Below are positions 18,829 through 29,255 of a DNA stretch of 64,000 nt, in pieces (position 1 is the first letter of the stretch; each line of letters opens with the position of its first letter). Location of the stretch: NCBI GenBank assembly GCA_026415215.1, contig JAOAHN010000113.1, positions 45,337 through 109,336 of the forward strand, read 5' to 3'. The notes below the pieces were generated by a model, which searched no databases, was not told the DNA's origin, and worked only from the letters and a program-made list of their open reading frames with translations. The stretch is from Candidatus Hydrogenedentota bacterium (lineage in GTDB: Bacteria; Hydrogenedentota; Hydrogenedentia; Hydrogenedentales; Hydrogenedentaceae). The position numbers and the translations under genes were made by a program.

Positions 18829-20583
18829 ATGCCAGCAAAATTAGTACACAATAATAAAAAATTAACATCAATACTTAACTTAATTCTCATTTTTGCTTTC
18901 ATCCTATTTTCTTTTGAAGCAGATGCACGGAAAAAAACAACTAAAAAAGAACCCATTCCACAAACTACCCCTCTCCAAAAAAACCAGTTAGAAAATCAGC
19001 CTTACAACACTGTCTCAGGTCAAACAGGTATCTTAGATATAGATATTACAGATGCTCTGGGAAAACATTGGGGCGGAAGAGTAGATTTATTAGACCTCGA
19101 AACCGGTAAAAGATACCGAATAGACTATCCCGAGGGAAAGGGTGAGAAGCAAGTTCCCATAGGAAGTTTTAGGGCATATATTTTTGCATACGACAATGGT
19201 GTTCCCGTAATGGTCGAAATAAGAGACATAGTGATAAAAGAAAATCAAACCACTTTCCTACCACTTAGTTTATTAGAAGGTACTGTAGGACCTTTAGTGT
19301 TGAGAGACTTTGACAGCGACTGCGATTTGGTCATAGATAGAGTAGAAATCGAAGCAGGAACGGATCCTTATAGTCCTCTTGAAGTACCAGGGAAAAAAAC
19401 GATACCTGTAAAAGACCAGGTCCTCTCTGATAAGCCTGGTTGGTATAAAGGAGAACTATGTGCATTCTCTAAGTATAGCATTGGAAAAGAATCAGTTAGT
19501 GAACTAATAAAAAGGGCAGAAAAAGAAAATCTTGATTTTCTTGCTATTACTGACATCAATACATTAAAGTCTATCGAAGACCCAGAATACCACTCTGACA
19601 AGTTAGTGCTAATACCAGCAATGAAATGGGGTAACGATGAAATGGGTTATGCCCTTGTGTACTGTCCACGAACTCCTTTAGATACCCCTACCACCATCCC
19701 AGAGGCACAAGCAGAATGCTTAAGAGTTCAGGCTCAAGGGGGGATATTTGCTGTAGCACACCCATGTTTCCCAGTAGGATTTTGGAGATGGGGACTGAGT
19801 TATTATAATGCAATCCAAGTTTGGTGTCGCGACTGGAGAGCAATTCCTCCTCTATCTATTGAAAAATTAGACAACTGGCTAAAAGAAAAAAAAGATGGCA
19901 GATTCGTATATTCAATAACTGCTGCAGTAAACGAGTCCTCCCTCGCTTTAGTCTCTGCTAATGTTCAGGCAACTCGTTTTTGGGATTATGAGACAGCCAG
20001 GGGCGCTATAGCATGCGGAATTGCAGGTAGTCATTCAAGTAGTCCTCAAGTCCCCTTAGGTAGACCTGTTACCTATGTTAGAGCAGAGAAAAAATCCTTG
20101 AGCGCTATACTTGAAGGTATACGAATGGGACGGACATATATTTCCTCCGGTCCAGATGGACCACAGCTTTCATTCTTCGCAGACAGCCTTGCAGACGACA
20201 AAGTAGATGTGGGAATAGGCGGTATAGTGCCACTAAACTTAGATATAAGATTTGTGGCAGTAGTAAAGAATGCTAAGGGTAAAAAACTTGAGGTTTTATT
20301 TAATGGACTCCCAATAGTAGCAAAAAATATTGAGAGTGAAGACTTTACTCTTCGCTTCACAGATAAGCCTACAAAAAGTGGAGCATATCGACTGAGAGTT
20401 ACGGGACCACCCAAATCACCTCAAGGATTCGGGGATGTTGAAGTTTATGCTATGACAAGTCCAATTTATGCTCAAGATATAAGCAGAGAAATTCTGTGGC
20501 GGATACCCAACCTCGACCCTAAAAAAACCTGGATAGAAGTGAAACCCACTGAAGGTGAGCCACTACCATTGCCCGAAGAGTAG
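18829..20583 (+). CDS. secreted PHP-like (CehA/McbA-type) domain protein, apparently catalytically degenerate
   Basis: Signal peptide, then a segment aligning to the PHP signature (...GELCAFSKYS...LDFLAITDINT). The canonical DLHxHT / ITDHN His and Asp residues are replaced. Confidence 0.35.
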   Translation: MPAKLVHNNKKLTSILNLILIFAFILFSFEADARKKTTKKEPIPQTTPLQKNQLENQPYNTVSGQTGILDIDITDALGKHWGGRVDLLDLETGKRYRIDYPEGKGEKQVPIGSFRAYIFAYDNGVPVMVEIRDIVIKENQTTFLPLSLLEGTVGPLVLRDFDSDCDLVIDRVEIEAGTDPYSPLEVPGKKTIPVKDQVLSDKPGWYKGELCAFSKYSIGKESVSELIKRAEKENLDFLAITDINTLKSIEDPEYHSDKLVLIPAMKWGNDEMGYALVYCPRTPLDTPTTIPEAQAECLRVQAQGGIFAVAHPCFPVGFWRWGLSYYNAIQVWCRDWRAIPPLSIEKLDNWLKEKKDGRFVYSITAAVNESSLALVSANVQATRFWDYETARGAIACGIAGSHSSSPQVPLGRPVTYVRAEKKSLSAILEGIRMGRTYISSGPDGPQLSFFADSLADDKVDVGIGGIVPLNLDIRFVAVVKNAKGKKLEVLFNGLPIVAKNIESEDFTLRFTDKPTKSGAYRLRVTGPPKSPQGFGDVEVYAMTSPIYAQDISREILWRIPNLDPKKTWIEVKPTEGEPLPLPEE

Positions 20584-20700
20584 AGTGACCTTTTCATACT
20601 AATGAGAGTATAATTTAGTATTGTTTAAAAATCTTCCTAACACTCCCTGAAATTATAATAGTACAATAGTCGTTTTATATATAAATAAAGGGAAAAGTTA

Positions 20701-21498
20701 ATGATAGAGAATCCAACCCAAGAAGATTTTTTAATCATCGCAGATAGAAAATTTCGGTCAAGGCTGATGATTGGAACGGGGAAATTTCCATCTCCAGAAT
20801 CATTAAAAAAAGCTTTAGAGGCATCAGGTGCTGAAATTGTAACCGTTGCGATAAGAAGAGTTGACCTTAGAAATCCTGAAAAAGATAGCATATTATCAGT
20901 ATTAGACCCAAAAAAAATACTAATTCTACCTAACACAAGTGGAGCAAAAACAGCTGAAGAAGCACTCAAAATAGCAAAAATTTCAAGAGCAATGGGATTA
21001 GTATCGTGGATAAAGCTGGAAATAACCCCAGAACCTCAATATCTACTACCCGACCCTACAGAAACATTAAGGGCAGCTGAAATGTTAGTAAAAGAGGGCT
21101 TTGTAGTTTTGCCTTACATACAAGCAGATCCAATATTAGCGAAAAAATTAGAAGAAATAGGTACAGCAACTGTCATGCCTTTAGGTGCACCAATAGGAAG
21201 CAATAAAGGACTGAAAACCAAAGAAATGATCAAAATAATAATAGAACAATCAAATGTACCAGTAGTAGTAGATGCAGGTTTAGGAGCCCCATCCCATGCG
21301 GCTGAAGCCATGGAAATGGGAGCGGACGCAGTACTTATAAATACTGCTATTGCTGACGCCCAAAATCACGGACTTATGGCAAAAGCATTCAAATTAGCAA
21401 CCGAAGCGGGAAGAATGGCATATTTAGCTGGATTAGGACCTCAAAGAGATATAGCCGAAGCGTCATCTCCCCTGACAGGTTTTCTATTCAAACATTGA
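20701..21498 (+). CDS. thiG: thiazole synthase
   Basis: 265 aa, MIGTGKF...TVAIRR...PNTSGA signature of the ThiG TIM barrel. Confidence 0.85.
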   Translation: MIENPTQEDFLIIADRKFRSRLMIGTGKFPSPESLKKALEASGAEIVTVAIRRVDLRNPEKDSILSVLDPKKILILPNTSGAKTAEEALKIAKISRAMGLVSWIKLEITPEPQYLLPDPTETLRAAEMLVKEGFVVLPYIQADPILAKKLEEIGTATVMPLGAPIGSNKGLKTKEMIKIIIEQSNVPVVVDAGLGAPSHAAEAMEMGADAVLINTAIADAQNHGLMAKAFKLATEAGRMAYLAGLGPQRDIAEASSPLTGFLFKH

Positions 21499-21517
21499 GT
21501 TTTCCAAGAGTTTAATT

Positions 21518-22678
21518 ATGGAACACTTTAGCTTCGACAAAATAATTAACGAATGGAGCAAAGAAAGAATATTAGAAATTTATTCTCAAACAACTGAAGA
21601 GGATGTATTAGACGCTCTTAAAAAAGAAAGAATAAATATAAGAGATCTCATAGCTTTGCTTTCTCCTACTGCACAGAAGCACCTCGAAAAGATCGCTCAG
21701 AAGGCTCACCAAATTACTCGTTTACACTTTGGTAGAACAATCTCCATATATGCACCACTTTACCTATCTAACCATTGCGCATCTGATTGTATTTATTGTT
21801 TCTTCTCCTCTCATTCAGGTTTAAGAGAAAAAAGAGTCACATTAAACTACGAACAGATACAAGAGGAATGTAAAACTTTATCTAATAAGGGCATTCAAAC
21901 TGTTCTTCTACTCACGGGAGACGCTCCTAAAATTGTACCTATTGAGTATATTGCTAAGGCTGTAGAGATAGCAAAAAATTATTTTTCCTCCATAGGTTTA
22001 GAGATTTACGCAATGGACGAGGAACAGTACGCTTTGATGACTAATAAAGGGGTCGAAGGCGTTACTTTATACATGGAAACCTATGACAAAGACACCTATG
22101 ATAAAGTTCACTTGTCAGGAAAGAAGAAAGACTACTTTTATCGCCTACACGCATTAGAAAGAGCGGGAAAAGCGGGGATACGGAAACTAACTTGTGGTGT
22201 TTTGTTAGGACTTAGTGATTGGCGTTGTGATTTAGTTTGGCTCGCATTACACGCATCTTATTTACAAAAAATATGTTGGAAAAGCACAGTTGCTCTCTCA
22301 TTTCCAAGACTTAAGCACACTCCCCCCAGATTTAAGCCACCTTACCCGGTAAATTTACAAGAATTTGTCCAGATTATAGTATCTATGAGGCTATTTTTAC
22401 CTTACTCTCCATTTAATCTTAGCACAAGAGAACCCGCTGAGGTAAGAGACAATTTAATTCCCTTGGGCATTACTTCAATGAGTGCAGGCTCCTCTACAAG
22501 ACCAGGTGGCTATAAAGTTTACAAAGAGACCCAAGACAGCCAAGATAAACCCGTTCTTATGCAATTCGAAATAGATGACACAAGAAGCGTAGAAGAAGTC
22601 GTTGAAGCTATTAAGAATAAAAACTATGACCCCGTCTGGGTTGATTTTGACCCAGGTACTCTAACTATATCAAAATAA
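21518..22678 (+). CDS. thiH: 2-iminoacetate synthase (tyrosine lyase), radical SAM
   Basis: CxxxCxxC radical-SAM motif (CASDCIYC), ThiH/HydG-like length, and a position immediately downstream of thiG. Confidence 0.7.
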   Translation: MEHFSFDKIINEWSKERILEIYSQTTEEDVLDALKKERINIRDLIALLSPTAQKHLEKIAQKAHQITRLHFGRTISIYAPLYLSNHCASDCIYCFFSSHSGLREKRVTLNYEQIQEECKTLSNKGIQTVLLLTGDAPKIVPIEYIAKAVEIAKNYFSSIGLEIYAMDEEQYALMTNKGVEGVTLYMETYDKDTYDKVHLSGKKKDYFYRLHALERAGKAGIRKLTCGVLLGLSDWRCDLVWLALHASYLQKICWKSTVALSFPRLKHTPPRFKPPYPVNLQEFVQIIVSMRLFLPYSPFNLSTREPAEVRDNLIPLGITSMSAGSSTRPGGYKVYKETQDSQDKPVLMQFEIDDTRSVEEVVEAIKNKNYDPVWVDFDPGTLTISK

Positions 22679-22722
22679 CTAAAACGAAAACTTAACATTT
22701 AACCGTAAAAGGAAGCAATTCC

Positions 22723-24327
22723 ATGTTGCCAAGAATTAGTAATCTCCTGACAATATTGGGCATTTTTTCAATCTCATTTTGCCTAACTGCCCTACCTGCG
22801 GACATAGAGCTCATACCCCTCCCACGAGAAAAGTATTTAGATAAGTGCAAAGGTGCCTGGCTTGGACAAATGATTGGTGTAACATTCGCGGACAGGTATG
22901 AATTCCAGTTCAACGGCATACCTATCTTAGGCCCCCTTGAACAGTGGAAACCAGAAGATATAAAAAGAGCCTTCCCTCAAGATGACCTTTATGTAGAGAT
23001 GACATTTCTTGAGACATTAGAACAAAAAGGAATTAATATATCCTACAATGACGCAGGGAAATTTTTTGCTGAATCAAAATATCCATTATGGCATGCAAAT
23101 AAAGCTGGAAGAGAAAATGTAAGAAATGGTATTCAACCACCATTCTCAGGACACCCTGAGTATAACTCACATGCAGATGATATAGACTTTCAAATAGAAA
23201 GCGATTTATTTGGAATCATCTGTCCAGGACTTCCTAAAGAAGCACAAAAAATCGGAAAAATATTTGGTTCTGTAATGAATTACGGTGACGGACTATATGG
23301 CGGTTTATTTTTTGCTGGAATGTATGCCTCCGCTTTTTTTAACGAAGACATAGAAAAAGTAGTTTTATCAGGTCTTGAGTGTATTCCAGCTGAAAGCACC
23401 TATAGAAAATGCATAGAAGACACGATTGAGGGATGGAGAAAAAATCCAGAAAATTGGCTCGAAACATGGAAATTTATAGAACAAAAGTGGCAAGACGATT
23501 CAGATTGTATACCCGGACACCCAGTGAACATAGATGCTAAGATTAACGGAGCCTATGTGGTAATGGGGCTACTCTACGGAAAGGGAGATTTGCAAAAAAC
23601 ATTAGAAATAGCTACAAGATGTGGTCAAGATACCGATTGTAACGCCTCATCAGCAGGAGGCATTTTAGGCTGTATAAAGGGTTTCTCAAATATAGAGGAA
23701 CAGTGGAAATCTTACCTCAACAATGTAGAAGATGAAAAATTTTTGTTTACAAATTATTCTTGGAAAACCCTAATTAGTGCTTGTGAAAAAATCACAAAAG
23801 AAATAATCACACATGCAGGTGGAAAAATCGATAACGAAATTTTCTATATTCCGCTTCAGAAAGCATCTCCTCCACCAACTTTAGAACAATGGATTGGAAA
23901 AAAAGAAACTTGTATACCACCAATCCCCAGCACAGACATGAAAAAGTGGGGTGAGAATTGGAGAGTGAAATCTTGTAAGAAATCTTCAAATGTCGGTGTA
24001 TTCATTGATGATAACACAGCTACCCCTTATTTGTCCCTTATACAACCTGATCCTAACACTCCTGTAATAATAGAGAGCTTAGCTCCTATTCCCCAAGCAA
24101 AAAAGCTAAAGGTAGGTGTAAAAATACCCAAAAACGGCATAGAATTTAGTATAAGATTGAGAGCTGATTACAAAATTATAGAAGATAGAAAGATTAACTC
24201 AACTAATTGGACGGAAATAGTATTTAACATATCCCCTTACAATAATACAACAACTGTCCTCACAATTGAAGCGTTCTCTTCCGCAGAAAATGAACCTATA
24301 CAAATTAAGCCTCCTCAATATGAATAG
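22723..24327 (+). CDS. exported ADP-ribosylglycohydrolase-family protein with extra C-terminal domain
   Basis: N-terminal signal peptide and an ARH-fold C-terminal metal motif (GQDTDCNASSAGGILG). At 534 aa it is far longer than the ~300-aa ARH core, and the last ~150 aa is beta-rich. Confidence 0.55.
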   Translation: MLPRISNLLTILGIFSISFCLTALPADIELIPLPREKYLDKCKGAWLGQMIGVTFADRYEFQFNGIPILGPLEQWKPEDIKRAFPQDDLYVEMTFLETLEQKGINISYNDAGKFFAESKYPLWHANKAGRENVRNGIQPPFSGHPEYNSHADDIDFQIESDLFGIICPGLPKEAQKIGKIFGSVMNYGDGLYGGLFFAGMYASAFFNEDIEKVVLSGLECIPAESTYRKCIEDTIEGWRKNPENWLETWKFIEQKWQDDSDCIPGHPVNIDAKINGAYVVMGLLYGKGDLQKTLEIATRCGQDTDCNASSAGGILGCIKGFSNIEEQWKSYLNNVEDEKFLFTNYSWKTLISACEKITKEIITHAGGKIDNEIFYIPLQKASPPPTLEQWIGKKETCIPPIPSTDMKKWGENWRVKSCKKSSNVGVFIDDNTATPYLSLIQPDPNTPVIIESLAPIPQAKKLKVGVKIPKNGIEFSIRLRADYKIIEDRKINSTNWTEIVFNISPYNNTTTVLTIEAFSSAENEPIQIKPPQYE

Positions 24328-24410
24328 TTAAATACTTAACAATAAATAGAAAAAATATTCCATAATTGTTTAAAATATTCCCGAAGTATATATAAATAAG
24401 GAGAAGAAAA

Positions 24411-25868
24411 ATGGCAGTTGCATCAATAAACTTTCCCCAAATACATAGTAGTCTGCCTTATAAGGTTAAAGACATAAGACTTGCAGAACAAGGTCGAAAG
24501 ATGATTGATCTGGCGGAGCACGAGATGCCTGGATTAATGGCAATAAGGGAAAGATATATAGGGAAGCAACCTCTGAAGGGTGCCAAGATAATGGGGTCTC
24601 TCCATATGACAATTGAAACCGCAGTTCTTATAGAAACATTAAAACTTTTGGGTGCAGAGGTAAGATGGGCTTCTTGTAATATTTTCTCTACCCAGGACGA
24701 AGCGGCTGCAGCAATAGCTTCAGCAGGAATACCGGTTTTTGCGTGGAAAGGTGAAACATTGGAAGAATATTGGTGGTGCACATATCAGGCTATGTGTTTT
24801 CCTAATGGGGAAACACCTAATTTAATAGTAGATGACGGGGGCGATGCTACTTTACTCATTCATAGAGGATATGAGTTAGAAGAATATGTAGAAAAACACG
24901 GTAAACTCCCCCCTATTAGTACACAACACAAAGAACTTACTATAGTTGATTCTCTCCTACACCAAATTTACAAAGAAGACCCAACCAGATGGCACAGAAC
25001 AGTGGATAATTGGATAGGCGTTTCAGAGGAAACAACGACCGGAGTTCATAGACTATATCAAATGATGAAAGAAGGTAAACTTCTCACGAGAGCCATAAAT
25101 GTCAACGATTCTGTGACCAAATCTAAATTTGACAACCTTTACGGCTGTCGAGAATCCCTTGGTGATGGCATTAAAAGAGCAACTGATGTTATGATCGCAG
25201 GAAAAACTGTGGTTATAGCAGGCTACGGAGATGTAGGCAAGGGATGTGCTCAAGCAATGAGAGGATTAGGCGCAAGGGTAATCATAACTGAAATTGACCC
25301 TATCTGTGCCCTCCAAGCAGCAATGGAAGGCTACGAAGTAATGCGTATGGAGGACGCTGCACCTATTGGTGACATTTTCGTTACTGCTACTGGCTGTTGC
25401 GATGTAATTAGAGGTGAACATATGCTAAAAATGAAACATAGGGCAATCTTATGCAACATAGGGCATTTTGATGCAGAGATTGATGTGGCATGGCTTGAAT
25501 CACAAAAGGACATTCGCGAAGAAAATATAAAACCACAAGTAGATAAATTTATCTTTCCCGATGGTAAGGAACTAATACTTCTTGCTCGAGGAAGACTTGT
25601 GAACCTCGGATGTGCTACAGGACACCCTTCTTTTGTAATGTCTGCCTCATTTACAAATCAAACTCTCGCACAAATATCTCTTTTCACTGAAACTCAAAAA
25701 TACGAGAGAGGTAAAGTATACACATTACCAAAGAAACTTGATGAAGAAGTAGCAAGACTTCACTTAGATAAGTTAGGAGTAAAGTTAGACAGGCTTACTC
25801 AAAAGCAAGCAGACTATCTCGGCGTTCCTATAGAGGGACCTTACAAACCTGACCACTATAGATATTAG
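24411..25868 (+). CDS. ahcY: adenosylhomocysteinase
   Basis: 485 aa with an NAD-binding [10 protein letters not shown] motif and conserved SAHH N- and C-terminal domains. Confidence 0.9.
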   Translation: MAVASINFPQIHSSLPYKVKDIRLAEQGRKMIDLAEHEMPGLMAIRERYIGKQPLKGAKIMGSLHMTIETAVLIETLKLLGAEVRWASCNIFSTQDEAAAAIASAGIPVFAWKGETLEEYWWCTYQAMCFPNGETPNLIVDDGGDATLLIHRGYELEEYVEKHGKLPPISTQHKELTIVDSLLHQIYKEDPTRWHRTVDNWIGVSEETTTGVHRLYQMMKEGKLLTRAINVNDSVTKSKFDNLYGCRESLGDGIKRATDVMIAGKTVVIAGYGDVGKGCAQAMRGLGARVIITEIDPICALQAAMEGYEVMRMEDAAPIGDIFVTATGCCDVIRGEHMLKMKHRAILCNIGHFDAEIDVAWLESQKDIREENIKPQVDKFIFPDGKELILLARGRLVNLGCATGHPSFVMSASFTNQTLAQISLFTETQKYERGKVYTLPKKLDEEVARLHLDKLGVKLDRLTQKQADYLGVPIEGPYKPDHYRY

Positions 25869-25888
25869 TAATCCCTTCATAAAACAAA

Positions 25889-25932
25889 TTGGAGAGAGTT
25901 GATATTATCAAACCTCTCTCCAATTTTTTATT
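25889..25932. terminator. bidirectional rho-independent terminator between convergent ahcY and glmS
   Basis: ttggagagag-(loop)-ctctctccaa hairpin followed by TTTTTTATT on the plus strand and an A/T-rich run on the minus strand. Confidence 0.6.
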
Positions 25933-25943
25933 AGCGAATTTAT

Positions 25944-27806
25944 TTATTCAACCGTGACGCTTTTCGCTAAATTCCTCGGTTGATCAACATCACATCCTCT
26001 ATTCACAGCAACATAATAGGCGAACAACTGTAATGGCACCGCAACCACTATAGGGCTAAATGGTTCATAACACTCAGGGACATAAATCACATGTCTACTA
26101 TGAGCGATAATATCATCATCTCCCTCAGTGGCAACACTTATGACTAAACCCTTCCTTGCCTTAATTTCCTGAATATTAGAAACCATTTTCTCGTAAGTAT
26201 CACCCTTTACCGCAATACATACCACTGGGAATGTATCAGTAACAAGTGCTATAGGACCATGTTTCATCTCTCCAGCTGCATAGCCTTCTGCATGAATGTA
26301 GCTTATTTCTTTCAACTTCAATGCACCCTCCAAGGCACTCGGATAATTGAAGTTCCTCCCAAGATAGAAACAGCTTTGAGCATCTCTATACTCCGGCATA
26401 CTTGCCAACTCTTTTACAATCTCATGATGCTTCAAAATATAATCTACTTTAGATGGTATCGCTCTCAAATGTGCTATCATTTCTTTCGCTTGAGCCCGAG
26501 TCAATGTCCCTCTTATCAAACCCAACCAAATAGTAAACAAGGCAAGGCACATACATTGTGATGTATAAGCTTTTGTAGATGCTACCCCTATTTCAGGTCC
26601 TGCTTGTTGATAGATTACACCGTGCGACTCCCTCGCTACGCTCGACCCCACTACATTCACAATAGATGCAACTTTTGCTCCTCTTCTCTTAGCAATTCTT
26701 ATAGCCTCTAATGTATCTGCAGTCTCACCGGACTGAGAAACCGCAATTAAAATAGTATTAGGGGGTATAATGGGATCTCTGTATCTAAACTCAGATGCCA
26801 AGTCGAGTTCCACTGGAACCCTCGCAAATTTTTCTATCAAATATTTTCCAACCATTCCAGCGTGCCAGGCAGTTCCACAGGCAACTATAAAAATTTTCTG
26901 GCAAGATCTAAGTTCATCTTCAGAGATATTCATATCTTGCAATTTAACTTCATCTGAGCCTTCTTCCACTCTTCCTCTAAGTGTATTCTGAAGAACCTCA
27001 GCCTGTTGGAATATCTCTTTCAACATAAAGTGCGGGTACCCTTCTTTCTCCGCTGCTGAATCGTCCCACTCAACTCTATGGACATTTACTGGAATAGGTT
27101 TGCCATCCACATCCTCAATTTTAATATTGTCCCTTCTAATCTCGCACACCTGCCCGTTATCAAGATATATGACATTACGCGTATACTTCATAATGGCAGG
27201 GACATCTGATGCGATATACCCCTCGTCTTCCCCAAGACCCACTATTAGAGGACTGCCATGTCTCGCTGCTACCAATACATCAGGATTATTTTTACAAATC
27301 ACCCCTATAGCGTACGCACCTCTTAAATCTTTCAGAGCTCTTTGCACAGCCTTAAATAGATCTCCCTCATAGTATTTCCTAACCAAGTGAACTATGGTTT
27401 CGGTATCAGTCTGACTTCTAAACTTGACCCCCTCTTTTTCCAATTGTTCTCTTAACTCATGAAAATTTTCTATTATCCCATTGTGCACCAAAGCTATTTC
27501 CATCTTATCATCAAAATGTGGATGAGAATTAGCCTCCGAGGGCTCTCCATGGGTAGCCCAGCGTGTATTACCAATACCTAAACTTCCTGATAAAGGGTGC
27601 TCCGCAATCTTAGCATCCAATACCTTTAATTTGCCTACACTTTTAATATATTCCAAACCTTTATTATTCACCACCGCAACACCTGCAGAGTCATAACCTC
27701 GATACTCTAACCTATGCAAACCTGCAAGTATAACTTCAACTGCATTTTTAGAACCTATATAACCTACTATTCCACACATATAAAAACTCCTCTCTCTGTT
27801 GAACAA
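25944..27806 (-). CDS. glmS: glutamine--fructose-6-phosphate aminotransferase
   Basis: N-terminal MCGIVGY Ntn-hydrolase start and two SIS domains across 620 aa. Confidence 0.9.
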   Translation of the reverse strand: MFNRERSFYMCGIVGYIGSKNAVEVILAGLHRLEYRGYDSAGVAVVNNKGLEYIKSVGKLKVLDAKIAEHPLSGSLGIGNTRWATHGEPSEANSHPHFDDKMEIALVHNGIIENFHELREQLEKEGVKFRSQTDTETIVHLVRKYYEGDLFKAVQRALKDLRGAYAIGVICKNNPDVLVAARHGSPLIVGLGEDEGYIASDVPAIMKYTRNVIYLDNGQVCEIRRDNIKIEDVDGKPIPVNVHRVEWDDSAAEKEGYPHFMLKEIFQQAEVLQNTLRGRVEEGSDEVKLQDMNISEDELRSCQKIFIVACGTAWHAGMVGKYLIEKFARVPVELDLASEFRYRDPIIPPNTILIAVSQSGETADTLEAIRIAKRRGAKVASIVNVVGSSVARESHGVIYQQAGPEIGVASTKAYTSQCMCLALFTIWLGLIRGTLTRAQAKEMIAHLRAIPSKVDYILKHHEIVKELASMPEYRDAQSCFYLGRNFNYPSALEGALKLKEISYIHAEGYAAGEMKHGPIALVTDTFPVVCIAVKGDTYEKMVSNIQEIKARKGLVISVATEGDDDIIAHSRHVIYVPECYEPFSPIVVAVPLQLFAYYVAVNRGCDVDQPRNLAKSVTVE

Positions 27807-27882
27807 AATTGTAATACAATAGTTACAATACTAAACTATACCTCTAAGGTATCTTCCTAATGTCAGAGACGCACCAACCTAC

Positions 27883-29001
27883 TTATTTACCCATTTTACT
27901 GTAGAGACATTTCATATCATCGAGAGTAAGAGGCTTATAGTCTCCCGCATGCCCCGCCTGACCAAATGCTATCATCCTCTCCACATATACCTTCTTCATA
28001 GCCTCTCGCGCAGGCTTTAGATAATCCCGAGGATCAAACTTAGAAGGATTCTCCTTCAAGTACTTCCTTATTGCACCTGTCATTGCTAACCGGCTATCAG
28101 TATCTACATTTATCTTCCTCACCCCATATTTAATCGCCTCTTGAATCTTCTCTATGGGAACTCCCGCAGTATCTTTGAGCTCACCTCCACATTCATTAAT
28201 AATATCTACTAACTCTTGAGGAACTGAACTCGAGCCATGCATAACTAAAGGAACTTCTGGTATCCTCTCGTGTATCTTCTTCACTCTACTTACAGCTATT
28301 ATCGGAGGCAAAACTTCTTTTGTAACAGGGTGCTTTCTATTTGACTTGAAGGCACCATGACTTGTTCCAATAGCCACTGCCAACGCATCAACTCCCGTTT
28401 CCTTTACAAATCTCTCTGCTTCTTCTGGATCAGTCAAAAATGGGCTATATTTCCTTTCTTCTTCTAAATCCTTTTCAGTCAATAGGCTTTTACCTTCCTT
28501 ATCTTCTATACCATGCCCATCTTCAATACCTCCTAAACACCCAACTTCTCCTTCTACTGTGACCCCATACTTATGAGCTACCTCCACTACCTTCCTCGTT
28601 ATCTCTACATTCTCCTCAAACTCTCTCGGAACTTGTTCTTTCTTCTTCTTTCCATCTTTCTCAACTTCCACATCCTTCAAAGAACCATCTATCATAACTG
28701 AAGTAAACCCTAAATCTATAGCCTTCATACATGTTTCCAAACTGTCTCCATGGTCCAAATGCATTGCTACTGGTATATGGGGATATTCTTCTACCGCTGC
28801 TTCTATTAGCTTTTTCAAATATATCATTCGGCTATATTGTAATGCCCCTCTGCTCGCCTGAATTATCACAGGACTGTTGGTCTCGTTTGCTGCCTCCATT
28901 ATTGCTTGGATCTGTTCCATATTGTTTACATTGAAAGCCCCTACTCCGTAACCACCTTTGGTAGCTTCTTCAAGAATTTGTCTCATCGGAACTAATGGCA
29001 T
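27883..29001 (-). CDS. fba: fructose-bisphosphate aldolase, class II
   Basis: 372 aa with intact Zn-ligand motifs (HLDHG, GTSHGAFK, MHGSS) and an RBS GAGGAGG upstream. Confidence 0.85.
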   Translation of the reverse strand: MPLVPMRQILEEATKGGYGVGAFNVNNMEQIQAIMEAANETNSPVIIQASRGALQYSRMIYLKKLIEAAVEEYPHIPVAMHLDHGDSLETCMKAIDLGFTSVMIDGSLKDVEVEKDGKKKKEQVPREFEENVEITRKVVEVAHKYGVTVEGEVGCLGGIEDGHGIEDKEGKSLLTEKDLEEERKYSPFLTDPEEAERFVKETGVDALAVAIGTSHGAFKSNRKHPVTKEVLPPIIAVSRVKKIHERIPEVPLVMHGSSSVPQELVDIINECGGELKDTAGVPIEKIQEAIKYGVRKINVDTDSRLAMTGAIRKYLKENPSKFDPRDYLKPAREAMKKVYVERMIAFGQAGHAGDYKPLTLDDMKCLYSKMGK

Positions 29002-29255
29002 GATTAACCTCCTCTAAAATTTTGGTTAATTATGAAAGATTACAAAATTATTACTACTTGCGATTTTATAGTTTTATAAGCTGATGTAATATTCTAACAA
29101 GTTATTACTAACAATATCAATTCATTATGCATCCAAGAAATTAAACAAAAATATTCCAGAATTTTTCTATACCCCTCTTCTCGCACAAAAATTTTAAATC
29201 AATAAATTCAAGGTAGAAAAATAACAAGGAAAATATAAAGAACATACCATACTTT

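Noticed and set aside
20584-20700. Possible TPP riboswitch upstream of thiG
   Set aside because: The intergenic sequence was read and lacks the conserved CUGAGA / GGGG...CCC elements of RF00059. Only 117 nt are available.
27807-27882. Possible glmS ribozyme upstream of glmS
   Set aside because: Only 76 nt separate glmS from the next gene, and no glmS-ribozyme core motifs were seen. The element is mainly Gram-positive.
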